A program made the translations under genes and the position numbers. The notes beneath the pieces were generated by a model that was not told the DNA's origin, ran no database searches, and saw only the letters and a program-made list of their open reading frames with translations. From NCBI GenBank assembly GCA_036556585.1, contig DATBJG010000415.1:131-64130 (forward strand): a DNA stretch of 64,000 nucleotides. Reading direction: 5' to 3'. How positions within the stretch are numbered: the first letter of the stretch is position 1; each line of letters starts with the position of its first letter. This stretch comes from Vicinamibacterales bacterium (GTDB lineage Bacteria; Acidobacteriota; Vicinamibacteria; Vicinamibacterales; JAMQPK01). Shown one piece after another: positions 48,675-58,473 of this stretch.

Positions 48675-49462
48675 TGGGCGGCGCGGTCAGCGAGCTACCC
48701 GGGAGGCTAGGGCGTCGCATTCAGCGATTGTGCGACACAAATAGCTCCTTCAGGCGTCTATCGAATTTGACCTCCACAGCCAAGTTCTGGCTCCAAGTCA
48801 GTCGGCGAAGAGCGCTGCGCGACCAACTGGCGCGGTGTGAGACGCCCGATGACTACTACGCGTTTGCGGCGTTGGAGTTTCCACCTCATCAGATCCGCGC
48901 CGAAATGATTGCGCTGCTGAATCGGCTTGCGGCTGAACGACCACGTTACGTCTGCGAAATCGGCATGGCTGATGGAGGGACGAATTGTCTCCTGGTGCAC
49001 GCGTTGCCGACCGTCGAGTTCATGCTTGGCATCGACGTTTTCGTCAAGGGGAAACTCCGATTGCAACATTTTGCCTCGCCCCGCCAGCGGCTGCGCTACA
49101 TCGACGGGTCGTCATACCTGCCGGCTACCGTAGAACGTGCGAGAACGGTGCTGGCCGGACGCCAGCTCGACGTGCTCTTCATCGACGGCGATCATAGCTA
49201 TCGCGGCGTGTGTGCGGATTTTCGGAGTTATCGGGGGTTCGTTCGCGACGGTGGGCTGATCGTGTTTCATGATATTTGTCCCGATTTCAAGACTCGTTAT
49301 GGTCGGGAGACAGGTCACTGGGCCGGTGATGTACCACGACTCTGGGGACAGCTGAAACTGTTCTATCCACACGAGGAGTTCGTACAGGATCCGGACCAGG
49401 ATGGGCTGGGGATCGGTCTGCTGCGTTATTCGCCCAGCGTCGAGCTTCCCGCGAATCTCTGA
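48674..49462 (+). CDS. Class I SAM-dependent methyltransferase (CmcI / Methyltransf_24-like)
   Basis: The ATG at 48674 (TAATG overlap). Contains VCEIGMADGGTN and DVLFIDGDHSYRGVCADFRSYRGFVRDGGLIVFHDI. Confidence 0.7.
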   Translation: MGGAVSELPGRLGRRIQRLCDTNSSFRRLSNLTSTAKFWLQVSRRRALRDQLARCETPDDYYAFAALEFPPHQIRAEMIALLNRLAAERPRYVCEIGMADGGTNCLLVHALPTVEFMLGIDVFVKGKLRLQHFASPRQRLRYIDGSSYLPATVERARTVLAGRQLDVLFIDGDHSYRGVCADFRSYRGFVRDGGLIVFHDICPDFKTRYGRETGHWAGDVPRLWGQLKLFYPHEEFVQDPDQDGLGIGLLRYSPSVELPANL

Positions 49463-49467
49463 CCGAC

Positions 49468-50559
49468 ATGCCTCGCCTTCTCGTTCTGAACAACTATCCG
49501 CTCGATCTCCTCTGGGAAGACGTCAAACGCGGGGAGACCCCGGATCATCTTCTGTTCGGGATCAATTTCCTTGCGGATGCCGGGTGGAAGCTGACATTCC
49601 CACCCGCCGGCGATCGCGGCCTGGGTCGGGTCCTGAATGCTTTGCTACGGCGAACCAAGTTCCCCATACCGCTCGGTGATCTTGGGCAGCAGCACCACGC
49701 CTGGAAGGCCTTGAACCATTGTGACGTCATTTATGCGGCCAGCCAGACTCAGGCCCATATGCTGAGCTATCTGCGCGCAGTGGGCTTTGTGAGTCCCCGG
49801 ATCGTCTGTCTTGCCCACCATCCTCTGAATCGGGGACGGCTGACCCCACTGCGCAGCCCCTTCTTGCGCTGGCAGCTCGAAGGCACCGACTATTTTCCGG
49901 CGCTGTCGCGAAGAGTATGCGCTCAGATTAATGCCGTCGCACCTGGGAAGTCGGACGTCATGGCGTGGGGGCCCGACGCGAACTTCTATCCCAGGGCTCC
50001 GGCTGATGTCGGCCGAGGCTTGCTGGCTGTCGGCAGGACCGGACGTGACTTCGTGACATTTGGCCGGGGTGTGAGCGACTCGGGCGCCCCAGCGAAAATC
50101 ATCTGTCTCAAGAAGGACTTGTCGCCAGACTTCCAAACATTTCGGGCAAATGTCGAGGTCCTCGTACAGCCTGATCAGAACTGGATGCCGTATGCCGATC
50201 TGATTCGGCACTATGCATCCGCCCGCGCTCTCGGTATTCCGCTCTCCAATCAGGTGAGCCTTGCGGGATTGTCGAGCCTGGCCGATGCGCTCGGCATGGG
50301 CAAGGCCGTATTCATGACCCGACATCCTCTGGTCGATCTCGACATTGAAAACCTTGGCATCGGACGCTGGATTGAACCCGAGGATGCTAATGGCTGGCGC
50401 AACGCGGCGAACTGGGTCGAGGACTACCCGTATGAAGTTCAGGCGATGGGTCACCGCGCCCGCCAGCTCGTAGAACACGGACTCAATTCGGAAACGTTTG
50501 CCCGCCGGCTCCTGGCAATTCTCGAACGCGCCGGCAGTTCGTCTGCCACAATCCGGTGA
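49468..50559 (+). CDS. Conserved-looking protein, possibly a divergent GT-B glycosyltransferase
   Basis: 363 aa with two Rossmann-like halves (MPRLLVLNNYP..., LLAVGRTGRDF...ALGMGKAVFMTRHP). The catalytic motifs are not clear to me. Confidence 0.35.
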   Translation: MPRLLVLNNYPLDLLWEDVKRGETPDHLLFGINFLADAGWKLTFPPAGDRGLGRVLNALLRRTKFPIPLGDLGQQHHAWKALNHCDVIYAASQTQAHMLSYLRAVGFVSPRIVCLAHHPLNRGRLTPLRSPFLRWQLEGTDYFPALSRRVCAQINAVAPGKSDVMAWGPDANFYPRAPADVGRGLLAVGRTGRDFVTFGRGVSDSGAPAKIICLKKDLSPDFQTFRANVEVLVQPDQNWMPYADLIRHYASARALGIPLSNQVSLAGLSSLADALGMGKAVFMTRHPLVDLDIENLGIGRWIEPEDANGWRNAANWVEDYPYEVQAMGHRARQLVEHGLNSETFARRLLAILERAGSSSATIR

Positions 50560-51560
50560 CGCCAAGTTCGCGGCCGCTCTTTTCGGTTGTCATTCCGACA
50601 TTTCACCGGAATGAGGCCCTGTCGTTGTGTCTCGATCGCCTGGGCCCCGATCGACAGTCGGGCGTGGTGCTTGTGCCGCCAGACGCGCACAGCGCAGACC
50701 GGCCCATAGGCACGTCGCCAACCTACGAAGTCATCGTCGCAGACGCTGGAACCTCGCGCACGGCTGCGGCACTCATCACCGCCCGTTACCCATGGGCGCG
50801 CTGGGTCCCGTGTCCAGGTCGCGGCCCCGGACCGACCCGGAACAAGGGCGCAAGCGTCGCACAGGGTGACTGGCTTGTGTTCGTTGACGATGATTGCGTA
50901 CCGGGAAATACCTATCTGAAGGCCATCGATGCCGTGAGGACGGCTGACACCGACGTGATCGAAGGGCGAATTCTCGTCAAGGACAAGATCGACTCTCCGT
51001 TTCGTCGACAGCCGGAAAACGACGTCGGGGGACTCTTCTGGTCCGGGAACCTGTCAATCCGGCGCGATGCGTTCGTGAGCCTCGGTACCTTCGACGAAGA
51101 CTACGAAGGTGCCTGCGAGGACATGGACCTCGCTCATCGAATCCGTTCGCGGCAACTCTGTGCGAAGTTTGCTTCAGAAGCCGTGGTGTGGCACCCGTCA
51201 CAGGTGGAAACATTGCCAGCCATCATCCGACGCCTCAAGCTATTCCGCTGGCATCTCTTGTATCGATTAAAGACCGGGGCGTCGGCTCCGCTCGACGCAT
51301 CTCGCTCGATAGTTCTTGCCAACCTGGTCGCGTGGCACTGCACCGACGAGCTGAGACGAACGTGGCATCTCGTCAGTCGGCATGATCCGTCCCAGTGGAA
51401 GGGGCGACTGGTTCTGCAGCTTTGGGCATGGCTGACCCTGCCCGCACGACTTCCATATTTGATGATGTGGGAACTGCGCTTCCGCCGGATGCTTCGTGAA
51501 CGATCTGCTGGCCAAAATGGGGATCTGACCTCATGCGACTTCCTCCAAAACCCGAGATGA
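50556..51560 (+). CDS. Glycosyltransferase family 2
   Basis: GTG start with a GTGA overlap. Contains FSVVIPTFHRNEALSLCLDRL, LVFVDDDCVP and CEDMDLAHR. Confidence 0.8.
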   Translation: MTPSSRPLFSVVIPTFHRNEALSLCLDRLGPDRQSGVVLVPPDAHSADRPIGTSPTYEVIVADAGTSRTAAALITARYPWARWVPCPGRGPGPTRNKGASVAQGDWLVFVDDDCVPGNTYLKAIDAVRTADTDVIEGRILVKDKIDSPFRRQPENDVGGLFWSGNLSIRRDAFVSLGTFDEDYEGACEDMDLAHRIRSRQLCAKFASEAVVWHPSQVETLPAIIRRLKLFRWHLLYRLKTGASAPLDASRSIVLANLVAWHCTDELRRTWHLVSRHDPSQWKGRLVLQLWAWLTLPARLPYLMMWELRFRRMLRERSAGQNGDLTSCDFLQNPR

Positions 51561-52333
51561 CCTGGCCCAGCGTCTGGCGTGAGTCGTGGCACTACGACTC
51601 TTTGGAATTTGGTGGATGCACGGATTATCTCGGCTATACACGCGCGTATCGCAACCGGTTCGTGCTGACCATGAATCTGGTGCGGAAGACGACGCCACCG
51701 CCGGCCAGGGTGCTAGATCTGGCAGCGGCGCAAGGCAACTTCAGTCTTGCATTGGCCGAAGAGGGCTACCGGGTCACCTGGAACGATCTGCGTGAGGAAC
51801 TGGCCGGATACGTCAGGCTGAAATACGAGCGTGGCGCGCTGGACTTCAAGCCAGGGAACGCGTTCGAGCTACACCCCCAGGAGCCCTTCGATATTGTGGT
51901 CGCGACCGAGGTGATCGAGCATGTGGCGCATCCAGACGAATTCCTGTCGCACCTTCTGGGCCTGGTGCGCCGCGGTGGTCACGCGATTTTGACGACTCCC
52001 AACGGAGGCTACTTCCGGAACCAGCTGCCTAAGTTCTCCGAGTGTGCAGACCCGTCAGTGTTCGAGGAGCGTCAATTCGGCCCTGATGGCACGGACCACA
52101 TTTTTCTGCTTCACGAGGAGGAACTCCGCGCGCTCGCGGCGAAGGCCGGCTGGCAGGTCGAGGAAATACACCTGTACACATCCTTTCTTTTGAACGGTCA
52201 CTGCCGGACCGAGCCGCTGTTGCGAATCCTTCCGGGCGCCGTCGGCAGCGTCGACACCGTGCTGCAGAAACTCCCGCGCAGCTTGCGCCGCCGCGTCGAC
52301 GTTGGTCTCGCCGCGGTATTGCGACGCCCTTGA
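51557..52333 (+). CDS. Class I SAM-dependent methyltransferase
   Basis: The ATG at 51557 (ATGA overlap). Contains VLDLAAAQGNFSLALAEEGYRVTWNDL, IVVATEVIEHV and GGHAILTTPN. Confidence 0.75.
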   Translation: MTWPSVWRESWHYDSLEFGGCTDYLGYTRAYRNRFVLTMNLVRKTTPPPARVLDLAAAQGNFSLALAEEGYRVTWNDLREELAGYVRLKYERGALDFKPGNAFELHPQEPFDIVVATEVIEHVAHPDEFLSHLLGLVRRGGHAILTTPNGGYFRNQLPKFSECADPSVFEERQFGPDGTDHIFLLHEEELRALAAKAGWQVEEIHLYTSFLLNGHCRTEPLLRILPGAVGSVDTVLQKLPRSLRRRVDVGLAAVLRRP

Positions 52334-52338
52334 AAGAA

Positions 52339-53514
52339 ATGGGTCCCCAACAGGATTCGGTGGCGAATCCGAACCACCAGGTGTCCGGCGAACGCTTTGA
52401 GTGGCTTGATTGTCTCCGAGGGCTTTCAGCGCTTGCCATCGTGCTGTTTCACGTACGCGTCACGCTTTGGATAGGCGCAAGGGCGGTGGTGAGTGGTCCG
52501 GAGTATGGGTGGGTTGACCGGGCCGCCGCCTGGATGACGCTGCCGTTTCCCGTTTTGGGATCGACGGTGATGCTATTTTTCGTCGTGAGCGGCTTTGCCA
52601 TTCACTATCCGAATGCGGCAAGTGACACGCGACTTGCTCTCGGCGGGTACGCGCTCCGTAGATGCCTGCGGATCTGGCCGGCGTATCTCGTCGCCGTCGT
52701 GCTCACAGTGGTTGCAGAACACGTGGCGGCTGGCGTAACGGGAATCGCACCGTCGCCTCCTCAAAAGGCCCAGACAACCGCCGCAATGCTGCAGAACTAC
52801 ATCAGTCCCGTGGGACAACTTTCTGGTAATCCGTCGCTGTGGTCACTCCCGGTTGAAGTGGAGTTGTACGCAGCCTATCCGGTCTTGCTCTGGCTCTGGC
52901 GGCAGTTCGGACTGAAATGGGTCATTGCGTTGGTGACCGTCACCTCGATGTCGGCTGCCGCCGCGTTGTGGCTTGGGCATCAATGGCCGATGCACAACTT
53001 TGCGAAATACTGGGTGATTTGGTTCGCAGGAGCCCTGCTTGCGGACTGGGTGAAAACGAGAACAGTGCCGCCATGGTGTCGCTGGTATGGCGTCGCCGCC
53101 ATTGCAGGAGGCGCCGTTGTCATGGGCTGCCGATGGGCAGGTGTGCACGTCGGGTTCGAGCACTTCGTCTGGGGAGCGATCTATTTCCTGTTGATGCTGT
53201 GGGCAGCCAATCACCCGACCGCTCCAGCACGGATGCCGGGATGGCTGCGGCGCGCGACGGGGTTTCTGGGCCAGATTTCGTACTCGCTCTATCTCGTGCA
53301 CTACCCGATTTTCCTCGTGCTTGGTGCCTGGTGGGTCGCCGCATTTGGTCAGAAACCGGTGAGCGTCTTCGTGCCGTTGATCGCCGCCCTCATCCCGATT
53401 CCCGCAGCGTTCGTGTTGTGGCGTCTTGTCGAGCGGCCGTCCCAATCTCTGGGTCGGCAGTCCACTCACCTTCCGCAAGGATCTCTTGCAGCATCAAAGG
53501 TTGCCGTCGGGTAA
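52339..53514 (+). CDS. Membrane acyltransferase family 3 (sugar O-acyl/acetyltransferase)
   Basis: The ATG at 52339 (a TTG at 52330 is also possible). The N-terminal signature is ERFEWLDCLRGLSALAIVLFHV. There are about 10 TM segments, and the protein ends with ISYSLYLVHYPIF. Confidence 0.8.
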   Translation: MGPQQDSVANPNHQVSGERFEWLDCLRGLSALAIVLFHVRVTLWIGARAVVSGPEYGWVDRAAAWMTLPFPVLGSTVMLFFVVSGFAIHYPNAASDTRLALGGYALRRCLRIWPAYLVAVVLTVVAEHVAAGVTGIAPSPPQKAQTTAAMLQNYISPVGQLSGNPSLWSLPVEVELYAAYPVLLWLWRQFGLKWVIALVTVTSMSAAAALWLGHQWPMHNFAKYWVIWFAGALLADWVKTRTVPPWCRWYGVAAIAGGAVVMGCRWAGVHVGFEHFVWGAIYFLLMLWAANHPTAPARMPGWLRRATGFLGQISYSLYLVHYPIFLVLGAWWVAAFGQKPVSVFVPLIAALIPIPAAFVLWRLVERPSQSLGRQSTHLPQGSLAASKVAVG

Positions 53515-53536
53515 ACGGGCCGGATCCGGGTTCAGC

Positions 53537-54706
53537 GTGCTGCTGGTTGGCAACTATGCGCCAGATGCGCAACCAAGTATGCAGAGGTTTGCCTCGCTGC
53601 TGTGCGAGGGGCTGACCGCACGCGGGGTGCGAGCCACCGTAGTGCAGCCACCGGTCGTGCTCGGACGCGCGTCTTCAATTCGACCGCTTGCGAAGTGGGT
53701 TGGTTACACAGACAAGTTGCTGTTGTTCCCGCGCCAACTCCGGCAGGCGCTTGGAATCCGCGCCAACGGCGACATCGTCGTGCACATTTGCGACCACTCG
53801 AATGCCCTCTACCTGCCGTGGATCCGTCATCTGCCACACGTCGTGACCTGCCACGATCTGCTCGCGGTTCGGGCCGCGCGAGCCGAGTTCGAGGATGTGC
53901 GAACGCGCTGGTCTGGCCGGCAGTTGCAGCGTGCGATCCTTCACGGTCTGCGATCTGCCTCCCGGATTGTCTGCGACTCGCAGGCGACCCATAGCGACTT
54001 GGCACGTGTGGCCGGCAGCTCCCATCGCGGGACCGCGACCATCTATCCCGCCGTGTCACCGGGTTTCACAGAAGCGTCGCGACAACCTTCGCAACATCGC
54101 GCGAGGTCAGTACTGCTTCGCGCTCGTCCTGTGAACAGTCGCGCACATGGGTCGATTGCGCCAGGTCGGTATCTGCTCCACGTTGGCGGCAACCAGTGGT
54201 ACAAGAATCGGTCCGGCCTCATCGCAATTTACGCCGCTCTCGTTTCGGCGGATTGTGGTGTTCCGCCGCTGCTGCTGGCTGGAAAACCCCTCCCATCCGA
54301 GCTTCGCCAGGAGATTGACACACGTCAGCTCGGCGATCGCGTATTCGAAGTCACCGACCTCGAGGACGCGGACCTTGCAGCGTTGTACGCGTCAGCGAGG
54401 TTGTTGTTGTTCCCTTCGCTGGCTGAAGGATTTGGCTGGCCAGTTCTCGAAGCCATGGCCTGTGGATGTCGTGTGGTGACGTCCGACCGCGCGCCGCTCA
54501 CGGAAGTCGCGATGGATGCTGGAACGTACATACGGCCAGAGAGCCCGGTCGAAGCGGCCGGCCAGATCCATGCAGTCTTGAGGGAACCCGAAAGCGTTCG
54601 TGCACTGAAGGTGCAGGCGGGTCTGAAGCGGGCATCGCACTTCACGCTCGACCGGATGGCAGGCGCGTATCTCGACGTCTACCGAGGAGTGTTGGCGGCG
54701 TCCTGA
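53537..54706 (+). CDS. Glycosyltransferase family 4
   Basis: The GTG at 53537 gives VLLVGNYAPDAQPSMQRFA. The EX7E region reads LLLFPSLAEGFGWPVLEAMACGCRVVTSDRAPLTEV. Confidence 0.8.
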   Translation: MLLVGNYAPDAQPSMQRFASLLCEGLTARGVRATVVQPPVVLGRASSIRPLAKWVGYTDKLLLFPRQLRQALGIRANGDIVVHICDHSNALYLPWIRHLPHVVTCHDLLAVRAARAEFEDVRTRWSGRQLQRAILHGLRSASRIVCDSQATHSDLARVAGSSHRGTATIYPAVSPGFTEASRQPSQHRARSVLLRARPVNSRAHGSIAPGRYLLHVGGNQWYKNRSGLIAIYAALVSADCGVPPLLLAGKPLPSELRQEIDTRQLGDRVFEVTDLEDADLAALYASARLLLFPSLAEGFGWPVLEAMACGCRVVTSDRAPLTEVAMDAGTYIRPESPVEAAGQIHAVLREPESVRALKVQAGLKRASHFTLDRMAGAYLDVYRGVLAAS

Positions 54707-55869
54707 TGCGGATCCTTCATCTCATACGTTCGGCCGATCCTGCCGGCGGCGGCCCGATCGAGGCGGTCTTGCATCTTGCGCTGGAGCACAGACGACACGG
54801 TCGCCATGTCGAGGTGGTCACCCTTGACGACCCAAGGGCCCCCTGGTGTCGGACGTTCCCATTGCCGCTGCATCCATTGGGGCCCGTCGGGACCAAGTAC
54901 GGCTACACCCGTCGTCTCTTGCCCTGGCTGCTCGAGAATCGCCATCGGTTTGATGTGATGGTTGCCAACGGAATCTGGCAATACACGAGTTTTGCGGCGT
55001 GGCGTGCATCGAGGCGTTGCTCGATGCCGTACGTCGTGTTCCCTCACGGGATGCTCGATCCGTGGTTCAAACGCCGCTATCCACTCAAACACCTCAAGAA
55101 GTTGCTGTACTGGCCGTGGGCCGAGTACCGCGTGCTGCGGGATGCCGCTGCCGTGTTCTTCACGTCTCAAGAAGAGATGGAGCAGGCGGCGCGGTCATTC
55201 TGGATGTATCAGTGCAAGCCGCAGGTCATTACGTACGGCACGGCCGCGCCGCCGGACGAGGAGACTCGACAGCGAGAGGCGTTCTTTGACGCCTTCCCGG
55301 CTCTGCGAGACAAGCGAATCCTGCTGTTTCTGGGCCGCGTCCACGAAAAGAAAGGCTGCGAGCTCATCGTCGAGGCGGTGGCTCAACTCCGCGCACACCA
55401 GAGGGAACCACCGCGACACCATCTCGTCCTGGCCGGACCAGTGTCAGACATCTCTTACGCGCGCCGCTTGCGAGAGCGTGTAGCTCGGCTCGGGCTGAGC
55501 GAGGCGGTCACCTGGACTGGCATGTTGACTGGCGACCGCAAGTGGGGGGCTTTCAGGGCCGCTGACGTTTTCGTGCTGCCATCGCATCAGGAGAATTTTG
55601 GTATTGCGGTTGTCGAGGCGATGGCTTGCGGCCTGCCGGTCTTGATCTCCCGTCGCGTCAACATCTGGCGCGAGGTGGTCGCAGACGAGGCTGGCTTTGC
55701 CGAAACAGACAGCGGCGATGGCACCAGACGACTCCTCATGCACTGGATGTCGCTGGACCAAACCACCCGAAACCGCCTTCGTGCCAACGCCCGGCAGTGT
55801 TTTGACCGACGCTTCAATGTGCGCATGACGTCCGAACACGTGACGCGCGCACTCGAGGCCGTCGCTTGA
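54706..55869 (+). CDS. Glycosyltransferase family 4
   Basis: The ATG at 54706 (TGATG overlap) gives MRILHLIRSADPAGGGP. Also present are LLFLGRVHEKKG and VFVLPSHQENFGIAVVEAMACGLPVLIS. Confidence 0.85.
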   Translation: MRILHLIRSADPAGGGPIEAVLHLALEHRRHGRHVEVVTLDDPRAPWCRTFPLPLHPLGPVGTKYGYTRRLLPWLLENRHRFDVMVANGIWQYTSFAAWRASRRCSMPYVVFPHGMLDPWFKRRYPLKHLKKLLYWPWAEYRVLRDAAAVFFTSQEEMEQAARSFWMYQCKPQVITYGTAAPPDEETRQREAFFDAFPALRDKRILLFLGRVHEKKGCELIVEAVAQLRAHQREPPRHHLVLAGPVSDISYARRLRERVARLGLSEAVTWTGMLTGDRKWGAFRAADVFVLPSHQENFGIAVVEAMACGLPVLISRRVNIWREVVADEAGFAETDSGDGTRRLLMHWMSLDQTTRNRLRANARQCFDRRFNVRMTSEHVTRALEAVA

Positions 55870-55873
55870 TGGT

Positions 55874-56488
55874 ATGAGCCCGGGGCCTGAACCCGATCGC
55901 GTCATCAGACTCGTCGTTGATGTTGACGAGGCCAAAGCGTACGGGACGTCCGGTCGATTCGGGTCGCGCCGCTCCAGCTTTTCGCTTCGCCATCGCCTTG
56001 CCCGCCAGAGCTGGAACCTTGTCTGGCTGTTCCTATTTCGACCAACACCACGCCCGTTTCACGCGTGGCGTCGACTGCTGTTGCGATGTTTTGGCGCGCA
56101 GGTCGCACCCGGAGCGCGGATCTATGCGGGAGCCCGTATCTGGGCTCCGTGGAATCTGGTGGCGGGTCGCGGGGCGGCCATTGCTGATGGAGCGGAGGTC
56201 TACAACCCGTGCCGGATTGAACTGGGTGAGTACGCCGTCATTTCCCAGGGTGCGTGCCTCTGTGGTGCAGGCCATGACTTCGAATCCTGGGAGTTCCCGC
56301 TGCTCTCGGCGCCGATTGTGATTGGAGCGCATGCCTGGGTTGCGGCGCGAGCCATTGTGCGGATGGGGGTGACGATTGGCGCGGGGTGTGTCGTGGGTGC
56401 CGGCAGTGTGGTGACACGCGATATGCCTGCGTGGACAGTGTGTGCCGGTGTGCCGTGTCGGGTCATTCGTGCATACACAAAACGCTGA
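55874..56488 (+). CDS. Left-handed beta-helix (hexapeptide) O-acetyltransferase, WcaF-like
   Basis: 204 aa. The WcaF-type N-terminus is WNLVWLFLFRPTPRPFHAWRRLLLRCFGAQV. Hexapeptide repeats follow (IGAHAWVAARAIVRMGVTIGAGCVVGAGSVV). Confidence 0.8.
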   Translation: MSPGPEPDRVIRLVVDVDEAKAYGTSGRFGSRRSSFSLRHRLARQSWNLVWLFLFRPTPRPFHAWRRLLLRCFGAQVAPGARIYAGARIWAPWNLVAGRGAAIADGAEVYNPCRIELGEYAVISQGACLCGAGHDFESWEFPLLSAPIVIGAHAWVAARAIVRMGVTIGAGCVVGAGSVVTRDMPAWTVCAGVPCRVIRAYTKR

Positions 56489-56510
56489 CAACACGAGGCC
56501 GCCGGTTCGC

Positions 56511-57599
56511 GTGCTCCTCGTGGCACCCTGCTTTGGGGATTACGGTGGGATCGAAGCGTTTACGTTGGCAGTCGCCGACACACTCATGAAAGACGCGCGG
56601 TTTGAAGTACGAATCTTCTTCAAGCGCACGGCGAACTTTGCACTGCGTCAGAGTCTGGCGCAACAGTGTCGAGCGTATCCGGTTGAGTTCTGTTCGCGGG
56701 CCAGTCGGTCGCTGGCCGCGGCGGTTGCCTGGGCGGACATTGTGCACAGTCAGAATCCCTCGGTCGACGTCGCGTTCATGAGCGGCATTCTGCGGAAAAC
56801 CCGCGTCTTGAGCGTTCACAACGTTCTTCCATTACGGCCTATCGCGCAGCGGGTCGGCTGGCAGATGTCCGCCTCCCTGGCCAGCGTGCGCTGGTACAAC
56901 TCACACTTCGTCTGGAAGACCTGGGAGCCGGGCCAACCGAGTGCGGCCAGTTTCTGCGTACCGCCCACGTCGCGATTGGCGACCGCAGATGTGGCCCCAG
57001 ACGCCCGCCGTGGATTTGTCTTTGTAGGCCGGTTCGTCCCTGGCAAAGGCGCGGACGTGCTCCTCGAGGCCTACAAACAGGCGAAGCTCAATCCCAGGGT
57101 GTGGCCGCTGACGTTCATTGGCGACGGGCCACTGGGTCGCGCGCTGAGGGATCGGTCGGCTGGTGAACGAATCGATGGCGTTCGATTTGCCGGGTTCATC
57201 GACGGCGAGATGAAGGCGAGGACGCTCGGAGGGGCCAAGTGGTTGGTGGCCCCTTCGCATTGGCGAGAACCATTTGGATTGGTCGCCCGGGAAGCGCGCA
57301 GGCTCGGCGTTCCCTGCATCGTGACGCGTGATGGTGGGTTGCCCGAGGCCGCGGGACGCGATGCCCTCGTGTGCGAGCCCGGCGACGTCGACGGCCTGAC
57401 CACGCTGCTGAAACGCGCGGCATCGATGCCTTGGGAGGAGTACGTGCGCCGGGCCGCTCGTACCAAGGAAGATCTCCGTCACCAGCAAGTGCCGCCGACC
57501 TTCTATCCGGAAACGTATCTCACGCTTCTGAAGCGCGAACCTGTCAGCGTCGGTCGAGAGATCGGACCACGCGCTGTCGACCAAACAGGAAGTCTGTGA
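56511..57599 (+). CDS. Glycosyltransferase family 4
   Basis: The frame is open from 56442. GTG 56511 is the first start after the upstream stop (VLLVAPCFGDYGGIEAF). Also present are FVFVGRFVPGKG and LVAPSHWREPFGLVAREARRLGVPCIVT. Confidence 0.75.
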   Translation: MLLVAPCFGDYGGIEAFTLAVADTLMKDARFEVRIFFKRTANFALRQSLAQQCRAYPVEFCSRASRSLAAAVAWADIVHSQNPSVDVAFMSGILRKTRVLSVHNVLPLRPIAQRVGWQMSASLASVRWYNSHFVWKTWEPGQPSAASFCVPPTSRLATADVAPDARRGFVFVGRFVPGKGADVLLEAYKQAKLNPRVWPLTFIGDGPLGRALRDRSAGERIDGVRFAGFIDGEMKARTLGGAKWLVAPSHWREPFGLVAREARRLGVPCIVTRDGGLPEAAGRDALVCEPGDVDGLTTLLKRAASMPWEEYVRRAARTKEDLRHQQVPPTFYPETYLTLLKREPVSVGREIGPRAVDQTGSL

Positions 57600-58468
57600 C
57601 GGTATCGACCGCGACCTCTCCGGTTGTGACATCGTTGCACACGCGAACTGTCAGGTCGTCGGTGCCTGTATCGGTGATTGTGCCCGTCAGAAACGAAGCG
57701 CATCAGATCGAGCGCTGTCTGCGGTCGGTGTCGTGGGCCGACGAAGTGTTCGTTGTCGATTCACAAAGCTCCGACAACACCAGCGGAATTGCCGAGATGC
57801 TGGGGGCAACTGTCGTGCAGTTCCGCTATACCGGTTCCTGGCCCAAGAAGAAGAGCTGGGCCCTCGAGAATCTGCCATTTCGAAACGATTGGGTTCTGCT
57901 GCTCGATGCCGACGAGGTCATGCCGTCGGAAGCCGAAGCGGAAATTCGTGCCGTGGTGGCGGCGAAAGAGTCGCTGATCAAGGGCTTTTGGATCAATCGT
58001 CGCTTCTTCTTCATGGGCCGTTGGTTGCGCCATGCGTACTATCCCAACTGGAACGTTCGGCTCTTCCAACATCAATTCGGGCGTTTCGAGCGCCTGACAT
58101 CCGTAGACACCAACAGCGGCGATGTCGAGATTCACGAGCACGTCCTCATCGATGGTCCAACCTCAAAGCTCCGCTGCGAAATGGAGCACTTTGCGTTCCC
58201 AACAGTGTCGGCATTCGTCGAGAAACACAATCGCTATTCCTCCTGGGAAGCTCACGTAGCGCTGGCGCCGAAGGTTTCGCGGTCCTGGATGAGGCGATGG
58301 ATGACATGGCTGCCATTCCGGCCCCTGCTGAGGTTCCTGTACGTCTATATCTGGCAACGAGGGTTCCTCGACGGCCGGGCTGGGTACTACTTCGCCCGAC
58401 TGCACGGGTGCTATGAACTGCTGAGCGTCGCCAAGACCTACGAGCTCCGCAGCCACAAGCGGGCCTGA
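57596..58468 (+). CDS. Glycosyltransferase family 2
   Basis: The GTG at 57596 (GTGA overlap). Contains VSVIVPVRNEAHQIERCLRSV, VFVVDSQSSDNT and VLLLDADEVM. Confidence 0.8.
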   Translation: MTVSTATSPVVTSLHTRTVRSSVPVSVIVPVRNEAHQIERCLRSVSWADEVFVVDSQSSDNTSGIAEMLGATVVQFRYTGSWPKKKSWALENLPFRNDWVLLLDADEVMPSEAEAEIRAVVAAKESLIKGFWINRRFFFMGRWLRHAYYPNWNVRLFQHQFGRFERLTSVDTNSGDVEIHEHVLIDGPTSKLRCEMEHFAFPTVSAFVEKHNRYSSWEAHVALAPKVSRSWMRRWMTWLPFRPLLRFLYVYIWQRGFLDGRAGYYFARLHGCYELLSVAKTYELRSHKRA

Positions 58469-58473
58469 CACCG